A stretch of DNA of 64,000 nt from Callorhinchus milii (taxonomy: Eukaryota): contig NW_024704742.1 of assembly GCF_018977255.1 (NCBI RefSeq), positions 5,024,001-5,088,000 of the forward strand, in the 5' to 3' direction. The first letter of the stretch is position 1. Each line of letters starts with the position of its first letter. The notes beneath the pieces were generated by a model, which was not told the origin of the DNA, ran no database searches, and saw only the letters and a list, made by a program, of their open reading frames with translations. Below are positions 63,321-64,000 of this stretch, in pieces. Both the position numbers and the translations under genes were made by a program.

Positions 63321-64000
63321 ATCAAGGAAGCTGTATCTCAAAATGAGCCAAATTGATCAAAGCCTGCAGGTCGGAGCCACGCACATTGAATTTTTGGCAG
63401 TATTTTGGGGAGGGTTGGGCGGGGGTGAGAAGTCCTGAAATATCAGAGGTGCCAACCCTTGGATAAAACATTCAATCAATGTCGTGTCTAGTGACACAGA
63501 TGAAGTTAAATATTTCATTGCCCTATTTTGAAGGGTGGAGAAATCGTCTAATCTCCTCGTAAAATATCCTTCCCTCACTGAGATTAACCAAAAGCATAAC
63601 ATTCTGTAATTGATCTTACTGTTGTTTGTGGGACGTTGCTGATACATATTAGTTATAGTAGAGCCAACTGGCCCATTAGCCTACATAATAAGTCACTGCA
63701 AAGTACTGCAAAGCGCAAAGTGCTTTGAAATGCAACGAGAAAAGCACCATTATTATAATACAACTCATCATTTCAATTAAAAAAAACTAAACACTGGAAA
63801 TTGACAGCAGTTCTATCAACATCTGAAAGACACTAAAAAAAGGTTAATGTTTTGGGTGTGAATCTTCATTAGGTTCTGATTTTTGGAGGGTTTATTTCAG
63901 ACTTCGTGGGTTCCCCAATTTTCTTTTTATTTCCCGTTCTAATGACTTATCCATTAATTATTTTCCCTTTCGTACAAAAAAACCCACATTTATTAGCCAT

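Noticed and set aside
63790..63905. Possible Penelope-type hammerhead ribozyme remnant (also loop at 31187-31205)
   Set aside because: CUGANGA and GAAA cores are not both intact; no functional ribozyme supportable.

Overview
Vertebrate genomic DNA, probably from a cartilaginous fish and possibly a chimaera (inferred from the DeuSINE, L2 and CR1 repeat content). The only confidently identifiable gene is the 3' end of SHB on the minus strand. A 120-bp exon (59283-59402) and the terminal coding exon (41167-41350) together encode the SH2 domain and are separated by a ~17.9-kb intron. The rest is mostly interspersed repeats: a young tRNA-headed SINE family, older DeuSINEs, L2 and CR1 3' fragments, and simple repeats. 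A GC-box-rich CpG island at ~10.7-11.7 kb probably promotes an unidentified minus-strand gene running off the left edge (candidate exon 1908-2158). Three unexplained signals stand out. (i) A local duplication (about 11573-12327 vs 16641-17288) whose island-proximal copy is strongly AT-to-GC shifted, as expected from GC-biased gene conversion. (ii) A chain of splice-site-flanked minus-strand segments at 15-27 kb that could be a decayed gene or spliced lncRNA. (iii) A 51-bp hairpin that pairs fully only on the minus strand. I found no convincing novel multi-gene system. Repeat boundaries are approximate, and family names come from recalled consensus features, not from database searches.
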